A stretch of 64,000 bases of DNA from an uncultured delta proteobacterium (GTDB lineage Bacteria > Myxococcota_A > Polyangia > Haliangiales > Haliangiaceae): contig CAVXTW010000015.1 of NCBI GenBank assembly GCA_963764695.1, positions 157,845 to 221,844 of the forward strand, given 5' to 3'. Both the position numbers and the translations under genes were made by a program. Positions within the stretch are counted from its first letter, which is position 1, and every line of letters starts with the position of its first letter. This document shows, one piece after another, positions 38,622 through 49,690 of the stretch. The notes beneath the pieces are model-generated. The model ran no database searches. It saw only the letters and a list, made by a program, of their open reading frames with translations, and was not told the DNA's origin.

Positions 38622-41354
38622 ATGATCGAACACTTCATTCATCCGGTCGCAGGCAAGAGCGAGCGCGTGAGCCGCTATCTCGCCATCCGCTGGCGAGCCG
38701 ACGCATCTCCGAAGGCGAAGGCAGATCTGCTCCGCGCGGCCGGCGTGGAGCTGGCGACCACGAGCGCAAAGCCGCAGCCGCCACTTCCGCGGGTCAACCA
38801 GACCGAGGGTCTGTCGTGGGTCCAGGGCGCCGGCGGCAAGCCGGTACCGCCCGACGCGGCGGCCAAGCTCGAGGCCAGCGACCTGGTCGAGTGGGTGTCG
38901 CCCGGGTTTCGCGGCGGCAAGACAGGCGCGGAGGTGTTCGCGATCAATCCGACGCGCCTCTACATCAAGCAGTCGGCGCTCGACCGCGCGGGCGGGCTCT
39001 CGGCCCTGGGCACCGGCGTGGCGATGGACTCGACCCGCACCAGCCGGCTGCCCGGCTACGTCGCCCTGTCCGTCGAGGACCCCAGCTACTCCGGCGGCAG
39101 CACGGCGATCGACATCGCGAGTGCGGCGGCCTCGGCTCTCGTCAAGCAGGGCGCATCGGCGGCGGCGAGCTCCCCGTTCACCTACGAGACGATCCCGTTC
39201 CTGTCGCCGGCCGCGCAGGTCGGCCGCTGCCGGCCGCCGGTGACCGAGTTCACGCCGAACGACCCGATGTTCGCCCAGCAGTGGGGCCTGCACCGGACCA
39301 GCGTGCCGCGGGCGTGGACGATCGTCCGCGGCTCGCCGCAGGTCACCGTCGCGGTCATCGACGAGGGTGTCCAGCTCGATCACCCCGACCTCAAGTTGCA
39401 TCCGCAGTCGTGGAACGCGTCAACCGACACGCCGGACGGCAGCCCGACCGACAACCACGGCACCGCCTGTGCCGGGATCATCGGCGCCCGTCTCGACAAC
39501 ACCGCAGGGGTCGCGGGTGTGGCCGGTGGCGTCCAGATCATGGCGATCGCTACCGCCACCTGGGCCGACGTGGACATCGCCGAAGGCCTCTACTTCGCGG
39601 CCGACAACGGGGCGCGCATCGTCAGCATGAGCTTCGGCGTGTACCCGTCGTGGGGCTGGGACTTCAACATCATCCAGGACGCGCTCCAGCACGCCCACGA
39701 CAAGGGGCTGCTGCTGATCGCGGCCTCCGGCAACGAGGACGGCGCCCAGGCCCGCTTCCCGGGCAGCGACGCGCGCACCCTGTGCGTCGGCGGCAGCAAC
39801 CGCAGCGACGAGCGCAAGCGGACAGGAGATGCGTCGAGCGAGAACTGGTGGGGCGCCAGCTACGGCCCGGACGTCAACGTGGTCGCCCCGTGCCTCGAGA
39901 TGCCGACCACCGACCGGCTCGGCGCCGACGGCTACAGCGGCGGCGACTACCACGAGCGGTTCAACGGCACCTCGTCCGCCACACCGCTGGTCGCCGGCAT
40001 CGGCGCGCTGCTGTTCAGCCTGCGGCCGTCGCTCACCGGCGTCGAGGCTCGTTACCTGATCGAGAGCTCGTGCGACAAGGTCTCGCCGAACCTCTACGCC
40101 TTCACCAACGTCGGCACCAAGCCGAGCGGGACGTGGAACAGCGAGGTCGGGTACGGACGCGTCAATGCCGAGCGGGCGCTGATGGCCGCGTGCGCGCTCG
40201 ACGACGAGGAGGAAGGCGAGTGCATCGGCTGCGGCAACGGCTGCGCCGAGCACACGCACGGATCGTGTCGAGGTCCGTCGCCGGTGCCGTGGATCACGGC
40301 CGACCGGTGCATCACCTTCTACGAGGGCCGCACCTTCGACAGCGGGCTCGACGACCGCAGGCTGCAGATCCGCATCGTCTACGAGCATCGCCTGTGCCTG
40401 ATCGGGCGCCAGCAGGGACCGCTGCTCTACACCACCACCCTGCTTCCCGGCGAGGAGGTGAAGATCTTCGAGTTCGATCGATTCCGCCGGGTGAAGTCGG
40501 AGACGGAGCGAGTCTCGGTCCACACCTCGTTCCGGCAGACGATGAGCGCCCTGTCGCAGAGCCGCCGCTCCAGCTCGGCCTCGGCGTACACCAGCATCCT
40601 CAACGACGTGCGCACGCACGCTGACACGTCGGTCTCTGCCGGTGGCGGTCTTGCCGGGATCCTGGGTCTACCCGAAGTGAGGGGAGAGTCGGGCTTCGAG
40701 ACCCAGACCACGGTCGCCTCCGGCGCCTCGGCGCGGACGGCGTCGGAGCAGTTCAGCCAGCTGGCGGTGACCGCCTCGCAAGCGATGGATGCCGAGCGCT
40801 CGCTGGTGGTCAGCCGCTTCGAGGAGAGCGAGCACCAGAACACGACCGCGCGGTCGCTCAAGAACGAGAACCACTGCTTCGCGGTCACCTACTTCGTGCG
40901 CCGGGTCAACGAGGTGTACGAGACCTCGACCCGCATCGAGTCGGTCGAGTGGCGCCTCGGCGATGGCCCGTGGCGCTCGTTCAAGGACACGGCCAACCTG
41001 CCCGACGGGGTCCGCGAGCTGCTCGACGCACTCCGCCGCCAGCTCCCCCGCATCGGCGAGGTGGTCACCGACCCGCGCCGCATCACCCTGCCCACCGACG
41101 GAACCCTCTACGAGTCGGAGCTCGCCCACTGCACCTCGTGCGAGCCCGTCCGCGAGGCCGAGGAGCAGGTCAAGCTGGAGCACCTCCGCCTCTCCGCCCG
41201 CAAGAAGTGCCTCGAGGTCGAGCTCCTCGCCATGGAAGTGGAGCGCCGCCGCGCCCTCCTCGCCTCGGCCCAGGCCCCGCTCCTCGAGCTCAACCCCTGG
41301 CCCTTCGAGCCGATGGCCCTCCTCCCCGCGATGGCCGAGCACAAGGACAGCTGA
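38622..41354 (+). CDS. large S8 family peptidase without signal peptide (N-terminal propeptide-like region, S8 catalytic domain, approx 390-aa C-terminal region of unknown function)
   Basis: PNDPMFAQQWGL precedes the catalytic domain. Triad motifs are VAVIDEGVQLDHPDL, HGTACAGIIGA and GTSSATPLVAGIGALL. There is no N-terminal hydrophobic segment. A Cys cluster CIGCGNGCAEHTHGSC sits after the protease domain, followed by 390 residues with no recognisable domain. Confidence 0.85.
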   Translation: MIEHFIHPVAGKSERVSRYLAIRWRADASPKAKADLLRAAGVELATTSAKPQPPLPRVNQTEGLSWVQGAGGKPVPPDAAAKLEASDLVEWVSPGFRGGKTGAEVFAINPTRLYIKQSALDRAGGLSALGTGVAMDSTRTSRLPGYVALSVEDPSYSGGSTAIDIASAAASALVKQGASAAASSPFTYETIPFLSPAAQVGRCRPPVTEFTPNDPMFAQQWGLHRTSVPRAWTIVRGSPQVTVAVIDEGVQLDHPDLKLHPQSWNASTDTPDGSPTDNHGTACAGIIGARLDNTAGVAGVAGGVQIMAIATATWADVDIAEGLYFAADNGARIVSMSFGVYPSWGWDFNIIQDALQHAHDKGLLLIAASGNEDGAQARFPGSDARTLCVGGSNRSDERKRTGDASSENWWGASYGPDVNVVAPCLEMPTTDRLGADGYSGGDYHERFNGTSSATPLVAGIGALLFSLRPSLTGVEARYLIESSCDKVSPNLYAFTNVGTKPSGTWNSEVGYGRVNAERALMAACALDDEEEGECIGCGNGCAEHTHGSCRGPSPVPWITADRCITFYEGRTFDSGLDDRRLQIRIVYEHRLCLIGRQQGPLLYTTTLLPGEEVKIFEFDRFRRVKSETERVSVHTSFRQTMSALSQSRRSSSASAYTSILNDVRTHADTSVSAGGGLAGILGLPEVRGESGFETQTTVASGASARTASEQFSQLAVTASQAMDAERSLVVSRFEESEHQNTTARSLKNENHCFAVTYFVRRVNEVYETSTRIESVEWRLGDGPWRSFKDTANLPDGVRELLDALRRQLPRIGEVVTDPRRITLPTDGTLYESELAHCTSCEPVREAEEQVKLEHLRLSARKKCLEVELLAMEVERRRALLASAQAPLLELNPWPFEPMALLPAMAEHKDS

Positions 41355-41380
41355 CCGCGCGCCACATCGTTCGACATCCG

Positions 41381-41411
41381 GTCGCCTGCGTGCCATGCGC
41401 AGCCAGGCGAC
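41381..41411 (+). terminator. GC-rich hairpin downstream of the S8 peptidase gene
   Basis: GTCGCCTGCG tgccatg CGCAGccaGGCGAC forms an imperfect 10-bp stem 27 nt after the stop codon. There is no U-tract. Confidence 0.35.
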
Positions 41412-41446
41412 TGGATGTCGTCCACCACCCGTCTTGCGGGTCCGAC

Positions 41447-41689
41447 TCACTGGCCGCGGTTTCGCAGCTCCTCGCGCAGGGACGCGTGCACTTCGTCGGC
41501 GTCGACGAGTTCCGCGGTCCCGGCGCGCACGTCCTCAAGTCGCAGCCCGATCTCACCGATCCACGCCTTCTCCCAGGCAGGGTCAATGCCAGTGTCGCCA
41601 ATGCTCTCGTAGAGCTCGTCCGCAAGCGCCTGTCGCTCTTCGGCTGGCAGCTTCAGGAGTTGCTCCCGCAGTCCCGACTCGATCGGCAT
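41447..41689 (-). CDS. putative addiction-module antidote component (TIGR02574-like), without an adjacent toxin gene
   Basis: The 80-residue product MPIESGLREQLLKLPAEERQALADELYESIGDTGIDPAWEKAWIGEIGLRLEDVRAGTAELVDADEVHASL matches the conserved pattern of the putative addiction module component family. Confidence 0.6.
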   Translation of the reverse strand: MPIESGLREQLLKLPAEERQALADELYESIGDTGIDPAWEKAWIGEIGLRLEDVRAGTAELVDADEVHASLREELRNRGQ

Positions 41690-41801
41690 GGGCGTAGTGT
41701 ACGTCGGAGGAGACAGCCATCGACGAGATCGCCGGGATGATGGCGAGACGGTGACGCACGAACCGGACGCGACCGACCTCTGGCAGGATGACACCACATC
41801 C

Positions 41802-42146
41802 ATGTACAGCTCGATCTCGCGTGTCGTGACGGTGGCAGCGTTCTCGCTCGTCGCATGCGGCGGCGATGACAGCGGCGGCGGCGGTGCTGACCCGGAAGAG
41901 TTCCTCGGCAACTACCAGGTCACGTCGCACCGCGAGAATCACCAGCAGGGCACTCCGGTATCGTGCAGCAACCTGTACGCGGGCACCTCGCGCCTCTCGC
42001 TGGACGGCGACGTGGCTACCTTCGAGGATCGCCAGTGGTCGAGCTTCGACGTCCCCGAGAGCGACTGCACCCTCGAGGCCGCCGACGCGCTGATCGGAAC
42101 GCCGGACTGCCAGGACGTCGTGGTCCGGGTCGGAACCCGTCTCTGA
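41802..42146 (+). CDS. hypothetical lipoprotein
   Basis: MYSSISRVVTVAAFSLVACGGDDSGGGG carries a canonical lipobox LVAC. The 114-residue product has two additional Cys pairs. Confidence 0.5.
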   Translation: MYSSISRVVTVAAFSLVACGGDDSGGGGADPEEFLGNYQVTSHRENHQQGTPVSCSNLYAGTSRLSLDGDVATFEDRQWSSFDVPESDCTLEAADALIGTPDCQDVVVRVGTRL

Positions 42147-42302
42147 CGACCGCAGTCCCTCGGCGAAGCCCGTGCCCGGTCGTCGCTTCATCGACAGTCG
42201 CTGGCCCACGCGGTGCGCTCGGGTCGGCGCGCCCGCCGCCTGCGCGGAGCTCGCGACCGCTTCGAAGCTGGCGTGGCCACGAACTCGTGGCCGATGGTGC
42301 CG

Positions 42303-43157
42303 CTAGCCGACGTCGCGTTCGGCTACCACGCGAGCCGTCGGCAACGGCGGCGGCTGCTTGGTCGCGCACACCATCGTGACGATCCCCGCTATCAGTAGTC
42401 CGGCCAGAACCAGGTACATGGGCCGGAAGGGAAACACGAACACCCAGTCTTGTCGCGCGTGCTCGACCAGCTGCAGGAACTCCGGGAGATGTTTGCTGTA
42501 GTCGCGCTCGTCTGCCGAGTACACGAGCCAGGCCTTCGATGCTCGACCGGGCAGGATGTACGAGAGCACGACCCGAGTTTCGTCAGCGAACCGGATGATC
42601 GCGAGGTACTTGCCGCTGAGGACTCCTTGCACCTCGAGCAGCTCATAGTGGCCGATTTCAGGCCGCACTCCTGTGGCGGCGTGAACGCCCTCGGCTTGCT
42701 TCTCGGCTGCTCTCACCAGATGGTCGAGAGTCGCTGTCCACGTGCCGGTGGCCAGACTGGTCAGGAAGATCGACGGGCGACCTTCGTCGACCACGGCGCC
42801 GATGGAGGCCGCGCCTGGCGACCCGGCACGAATGGCCGCCGCGTCGAGGCCCGCCTCGGGCGGTGGCAGGTTCCTGACGCCGTCGGAGAGATCGTGCCAG
42901 CCAGCCGGGACGGAGATGTCGAACTCGCGCACGCCCGGGGGGTAAGCAGTCAGGGCGATCACCACGGCGGCAAGAGCGACGACTCCTTCGCCCACTCCGC
43001 ACCACAGTAGAACGCGCCACGGAAGCCACTTGCCGCGCAGAAACCCAGCCCTCCGGCCGAACCGGTGATAGCCGCTGCGCCGTGCCTCGATGCCCTGCAC
43101 GACATGAATGACCGCGAAGACCAGGCCGACGAGCGAGGCCGTGAGCCAGGATGTCAT
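42303..43157 (-). CDS. hypothetical membrane protein
   Basis: An N-terminal TM helix (LVGLVFAVIHVV) and a second TM bracket a 180-residue extracytoplasmic domain, with a C-terminal TM (LVLAGLLIAGIVTMV). Confidence 0.5.
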   Translation of the reverse strand: MTSWLTASLVGLVFAVIHVVQGIEARRSGYHRFGRRAGFLRGKWLPWRVLLWCGVGEGVVALAAVVIALTAYPPGVREFDISVPAGWHDLSDGVRNLPPPEAGLDAAAIRAGSPGAASIGAVVDEGRPSIFLTSLATGTWTATLDHLVRAAEKQAEGVHAATGVRPEIGHYELLEVQGVLSGKYLAIIRFADETRVVLSYILPGRASKAWLVYSADERDYSKHLPEFLQLVEHARQDWVFVFPFRPMYLVLAGLLIAGIVTMVCATKQPPPLPTARVVAERDVG

Positions 43158-43307
43158 CTTCCCCCCCGGCGTCGGAACCTATCCCCGCCGATCGGCTCGC
43201 GCAAGGGGCAGTCCCTGCCGCTCGCGCTTTGAATTGGTCGCCACAGCATTGCCGGCGGCCACCTTCGCACGCAAGGCTTCAGCGGCGATTCACTGCAGGA
43301 GATCATC

Positions 43308-44261
43308 ATGACTGTCCGTGTCAGGCCTGTAGCCCTTGCCTCCTCCGTCCTGATCGCCCTCGCGGCCTGCTCGCCCAAAGCCGAGGCCCCGGCCGGGGCT
43401 GTAGCTCCCGCTGCTTCTGCGGCGTCCGCCATCGCCGCCATTCCGGAAAGCGCTGACGTCAAGCCCTTCACCATCGGCGGCTTGCAGGCTGCGGCGCTTC
43501 GCGATGGCGGGCTGTCGGTACCCAACGACAACAAGGCGCTCGCCATCAACAAGACCAAGAAGGAAGTCGCAGATCTGCTGACGGCCAGTGGCCTGTCGCC
43601 GGAAATGATCGACCTCTCGGTGCAACCGCTCCTGGTGAAGACGGCCGACAAGGTGCTTCTGTTCGATACGGGCGCGGCGGGCCTGTTCGGCCCGACGACG
43701 GGCAAGCTGCCGGCGACGATGGCCACGGCCGGGATCGATCCGGCAAGCGTCACCGACATCTTCATCAGCCACGGCCACGGCGACCATATCGGCGGCCTCG
43801 TGAAGGCCGACAACACGCTCGCCTTCCCGAACGCGGCGATCCACATTTCCGCTGACGAGTTTGCCTCGCTCAAGAGCACGGACGGGACGACCGCGCTGGT
43901 CGATGCGATCACGCCCAAGGTCGTCGAGTTTCAGCCGGACGCCGAGCTGATCCCAGGCGTCGTCAAGGCGGTGGACATCAAGGGTCACACGCCGGGCCAT
44001 TCAGGCTATCTCATCACCTCGGACGGCCAGTCGCTTCTCTACATCGGCGACACCATGCACCACTCCGTCATCTCGGTGCATCAGCCCGACTGGACCATCG
44101 CCTTCGACGGCGATGCGCCGACTGCGCAAGCGAGCCGCAAGGCTCTGCTCGAGACATCGGCCGCCTCGGGCCAGCGTATCTACGCCGTCCACTTCCCCTT
44201 CCCGGGCATCGGCAAGTTCGAGAAGCAGGGCGACAAGTTCGTCTGGGTCGCAGAGCCCTGA
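43308..44261 (+). CDS. MBL-fold metallo-hydrolase lipoprotein
   Basis: Lipobox LIALAACSPK. The beta-lactamase-fold metal motif HGHGDHIGG and downstream His/Asp ligands are present. Confidence 0.8.
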   Translation: MTVRVRPVALASSVLIALAACSPKAEAPAGAVAPAASAASAIAAIPESADVKPFTIGGLQAAALRDGGLSVPNDNKALAINKTKKEVADLLTASGLSPEMIDLSVQPLLVKTADKVLLFDTGAAGLFGPTTGKLPATMATAGIDPASVTDIFISHGHGDHIGGLVKADNTLAFPNAAIHISADEFASLKSTDGTTALVDAITPKVVEFQPDAELIPGVVKAVDIKGHTPGHSGYLITSDGQSLLYIGDTMHHSVISVHQPDWTIAFDGDAPTAQASRKALLETSAASGQRIYAVHFPFPGIGKFEKQGDKFVWVAEP

Positions 44262-44289
44262 AACCAGCTTTGCAACGCCACATATGAGA

Positions 44290-44316
44290 AAGCCGAGATC
44301 GAAGTGATCTCGGCTT
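44290..44316. terminator. intrinsic terminator hairpin (perfect 10-11 bp stem, 5-nt loop) shared by the tRNA operon and the MBL gene
   Basis: AAGCCGAGATC gaagt GATCTCGGCTT. On the minus-strand transcript it directly follows the tRNA-Asp 3' end and is followed by UUUCUCAUAU. It is the only AT-rich patch nearby. Confidence 0.7.
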
Positions 44317-44321
44317 AATAA

Positions 44322-44398
<77 letters not shown>

Positions 44399-44427
44399 GG
44401 ATTTGATTGTCAGGACGCTTCTCGGGG

Positions 44428-44499
44428 TGGGTGGAGCAGGGATCGAACCTGCGACCACCGCCTTGTAAGGGCGGCGCTCTACCGCTGAGCTATCCACCC
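44428..44499 (-). tRNA. tRNA-Val (anticodon TAC)
   Basis: Folded by hand. The acceptor stem GGGTGGA pairs with TCCACCC. The D-arm is GCTC-AGCGGTA-GAGC. The anticodon stem CCGCC/GGCGG has the loop CTTACAA. The T-arm is GCAGG-TTCGATC-CCTGC. The discriminator is A. Confidence 0.85.
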
Positions 44500-44577
44500 G
44501 TTTCCCTTTGAGGCCGGAGTGTTCTAGCGGTAGCGCTCGGCTTTGTCAACCGCGATCCGAGGTAGGCTCCGCTCCAG

Positions 44578-46086
44578 ATGAGGGCGATGGCGCATCCCAG
44601 CGATGAAACGCTGCGCATGGTGCTCGACTGTGCGCCGGATGCGATCGCCATCATGGGCGGGCCCATCGTGCTTTACATGAGTCTGCCCGGGGCGCGGATG
44701 CTCGGGTTCGAGAAGCCGGCCGACGTCATCGGGCACAGCCTGGCGGAGTGGCTGGCGCCGGAGGAGTTCTCGGTCGCGTCAGACCGTATCGACGCGGTGA
44801 TGCGCACGTCGCTGCCCAACGAGCTCAAGGAGTACCGGGTGCGGCGGACCGACGGGCGCATCCTGCTCATCGAGGTGGCCTCGGCTCCGATCATCTATGA
44901 GGGTGCGCCGGCGGTGCTGTCGTTCGCCCGCGACGTCACCGAGCGCAAGGCGCTGGAGCGGCAGGTGGCGGAGTCGGCGCGGCTGGCCGCCCTCGGACGG
45001 CTGTCGGCCGGCGTCGCCCACGAGCTCAACAATCCGCTCACTCACCTGGTGCTCGCGGTCGACGGGCTGCGCCGCTCGCTGGGCAGCATCGGGTCGAGGA
45101 ACCCGGCCGCGGCGCTGGCGGTGACGCGCGACCGGCTCGAGCACATCGCCCAGGACATCGATCGCATGGTGCTGGTGGCACGCGAGCTGCGGCTGTTCGC
45201 CAGCCCGCAGCCGGGCTCGCGGCGCGCCGTCGATCTTCGCCAGCCGCTCGAGGCCGCGCTCAGCGCGGTGCGCGACACCCACCCGGCCGCGGGGCGCGTG
45301 ACCGTCGAGAGCCGGTTCGAGGACGTGGCCGCCGCCGACGCCTGTCCGCTGCGCATCGAGCAGGTCTTCGTCAACCTGCTCAACAACGCGTTCGACTCGC
45401 TGGGCGACGTCACCGACGAGGACCGGGTGGTCACCATCGAGCTGGTGCCCGTCGACGACGCGGTCGCCGTGCGCGTGAGCGACCGCGGCCCGGGCATCCC
45501 CGAGGAGATGCTCGAGCGCGTGTTCGAGCCGTTCTTCACCACCAAGGCCTACGGGCGCGGCGCGGGCCTCGGGCTGGCCATCTCGCGCAGCATCGTGCAG
45601 GTGCTCGGTGGCAACATGACGGTGGCGAGCGTCCCCGGTCGCGGCACCAGCTTCACCGTCACGCTGCCGGCGTGGCGACAGCCGGCGCCGGCCGTCGAGG
45701 CCCGCTCGCAGCTGGCTTGCAAGCGCCTGCGCGTCCTCGTGGTCGACGACGAGGCGGCGATCGGCGGCGCGCTGGCCGCGTCGCTCGACGAGCATCACGT
45801 CGAGGTCGCCGGCAGCGCGGCCGAGGCGCTGGCCCGACTCGCGCGCGACCCGGCCTTCGACGTCATCCTGTGCGACATCGTGATGCCGGAGGTCTCCGGC
45901 GTGGAGTTTCACCAGTCGCTGGCGGCGCTCGATCCCGGCCTCTCCCGCCGCATCGTCTTCATGACCGGCGCCACCCTCGGCACCGACGAGGGCAAGACCC
46001 TGGCCGCGCTGCCCAACACGGTGCTCGAGAAGCCATTCGACCTGGGCCGGCTCGAGCGCGTGCTGGTGGACGTCGCCTCGCGCTGA
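44578..46086 (+). CDS. hybrid sensor histidine kinase (PAS, HisKA, HATPase_c, C-terminal receiver domain)
   Basis: A PAS-like region precedes the H-box LSAGVAHELNNPLT. ATPase motifs DRGPGIPEE and GAGLGLAISRSIVQVLGG follow. The receiver has LRVLVVDDE, the phospho-acceptor Asp in ILCDIVMP and Lys in LEKPF. Confidence 0.85.
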   Translation: MRAMAHPSDETLRMVLDCAPDAIAIMGGPIVLYMSLPGARMLGFEKPADVIGHSLAEWLAPEEFSVASDRIDAVMRTSLPNELKEYRVRRTDGRILLIEVASAPIIYEGAPAVLSFARDVTERKALERQVAESARLAALGRLSAGVAHELNNPLTHLVLAVDGLRRSLGSIGSRNPAAALAVTRDRLEHIAQDIDRMVLVARELRLFASPQPGSRRAVDLRQPLEAALSAVRDTHPAAGRVTVESRFEDVAAADACPLRIEQVFVNLLNNAFDSLGDVTDEDRVVTIELVPVDDAVAVRVSDRGPGIPEEMLERVFEPFFTTKAYGRGAGLGLAISRSIVQVLGGNMTVASVPGRGTSFTVTLPAWRQPAPAVEARSQLACKRLRVLVVDDEAAIGGALAASLDEHHVEVAGSAAEALARLARDPAFDVILCDIVMPEVSGVEFHQSLAALDPGLSRRIVFMTGATLGTDEGKTLAALPNTVLEKPFDLGRLERVLVDVASR

Positions 46087-46098
46087 TCGCGCCGAGGC

Positions 46099-46917
46099 TC
46101 AGAGGTCGCCGAGCTTGCACTCCGGGCCGCAGGCCGGGCCGGTCAGCGCGCCGAGCAGGCGGCCGACCTGGTAGAGCACGCCGTCAACCTGGCCGTTCTT
46201 GAGGTCGGCCGGATCGCAGCGCGAGAACAGGCAGCCGGCGTAGGTGTAGCCCGGGCCCTTCTTCTTGACCCGGCGCACGTAGCCGTAGGCGTCGTGCCAG
46301 ATGGCGTGGACCGACACTGCCTCGGCCAGCACGGTCGCGATCTCGGCGGTGCGCTTGTTGTGGAACGAGGCGATGACCGGCGCGCAGACCCGCGCGATCT
46401 CCAGGCCGAGGGTCAGGTTCGAGCAATCCGGCCCGCTCCACCCGCCGCACGGCATCTCGCGCATCGCCTGCGCCTCGGAGATGGGAGCGCCCAGCTCCGT
46501 CGAGATCTTGACCACGGCGCGCGCGAACTGACGGCGCCGCGTGGCGGACCGCGCCAGATCGATCAGGGCCGAGCGAAGCGCGTCATCCAGCGACACGGCC
46601 GGCTCGGTCGTCGGCGTCGAAAGCGAGGCCGGGCCAGACGTCGGGGCCGGCCCCGAGATCGAGGCCGGGCCAGACGTCGAGGTCGTCGGGGTCGCGCTCG
46701 ATGCCGGCGCAGCGACCGGCGCCGGCGTGGCCGCCGTCGGGGCGACAGGAGCCGACGGGCCGGGCGCGGCCGCCGTGACATCCGGGGGCGCCGGCTCGGT
46801 AGCCGTGCTCTCGCCAGCCGCCGTTCCCCCGACCCGCCGCGAGCCTGCACACCCGATCGAGAGCGCGGCCATGACCGCGACGGCGCCCAGCAGGCGCGAC
46901 CCGACCACTGTCTCCAT
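46099..46917 (-). CDS. hypothetical lipoprotein with Pro/Thr/Ser-rich linker and Cys-containing C-terminal domain
   Basis: [26 protein letters not shown] carries the lipobox LSIGC. A PT-rich linker is encoded by a 19-bp direct repeat. The C-terminal domain has six Cys. The start lies 5 nt after the lon stop; the upstream two thirds of the 786-codon ORF overlap lon out of frame and are rejected. Confidence 0.55.
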   Translation of the reverse strand: METVVGSRLLGAVAVMAALSIGCAGSRRVGGTAAGESTATEPAPPDVTAAAPGPSAPVAPTAATPAPVAAPASSATPTTSTSGPASISGPAPTSGPASLSTPTTEPAVSLDDALRSALIDLARSATRRRQFARAVVKISTELGAPISEAQAMREMPCGGWSGPDCSNLTLGLEIARVCAPVIASFHNKRTAEIATVLAEAVSVHAIWHDAYGYVRRVKKKGPGYTYAGCLFSRCDPADLKNGQVDGVLYQVGRLLGALTGPACGPECKLGDL

Positions 46918-46922
46918 CGCGG

Positions 46923-49421
<2,499 letters not shown>

Positions 49422-49560
49422 CGTCGCGGCCGGTCAACGCGACGGACGATCTCGTACTCTACGACGTGGGGGGTCGCGCGCAACAATCGGCCAGACAACG
49501 TCGGGCCTTCCGTATCCTGGGTCATCCGGACCCCCGTCGCGGGGTAAATACCACGAAAAA

Positions 49561-49580
49561 CCGTGGCATCATTGCCACGG
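49561..49580. promoter_or_regulatory. perfect palindrome CCGTGGCA-tcat-TGCCACGG in the divergent region between lon and the PilZ-domain gene, next to an AT-rich promoter-like patch
   Basis: An 8-bp perfect inverted repeat with a 4-nt spacer lies 140 bp upstream of the lon start and 111 bp upstream of the PilZ gene start. The AT-rich segment caattgctttaatatcatctggttgaat follows at 49594-49621. Confidence 0.35.
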
Positions 49581-49690
49581 TACCAGATCGGACAATTGCT
49601 TTAATATCATCTGGTTGAATCGGCGATTGCCGCATCCCTTACCACGATCGCAACGGGCATCCAAGCTGCTCCACTCCTGACCGCCTTCTC

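Noticed and set aside
49555-49585. Sigma-54 promoter reading of the TGGCA-N-TGCC palindrome upstream of lon
   Set aside because: The GG to GC spacing is 7 nt rather than the required 10 nt, so it does not fit the -24/-12 consensus.
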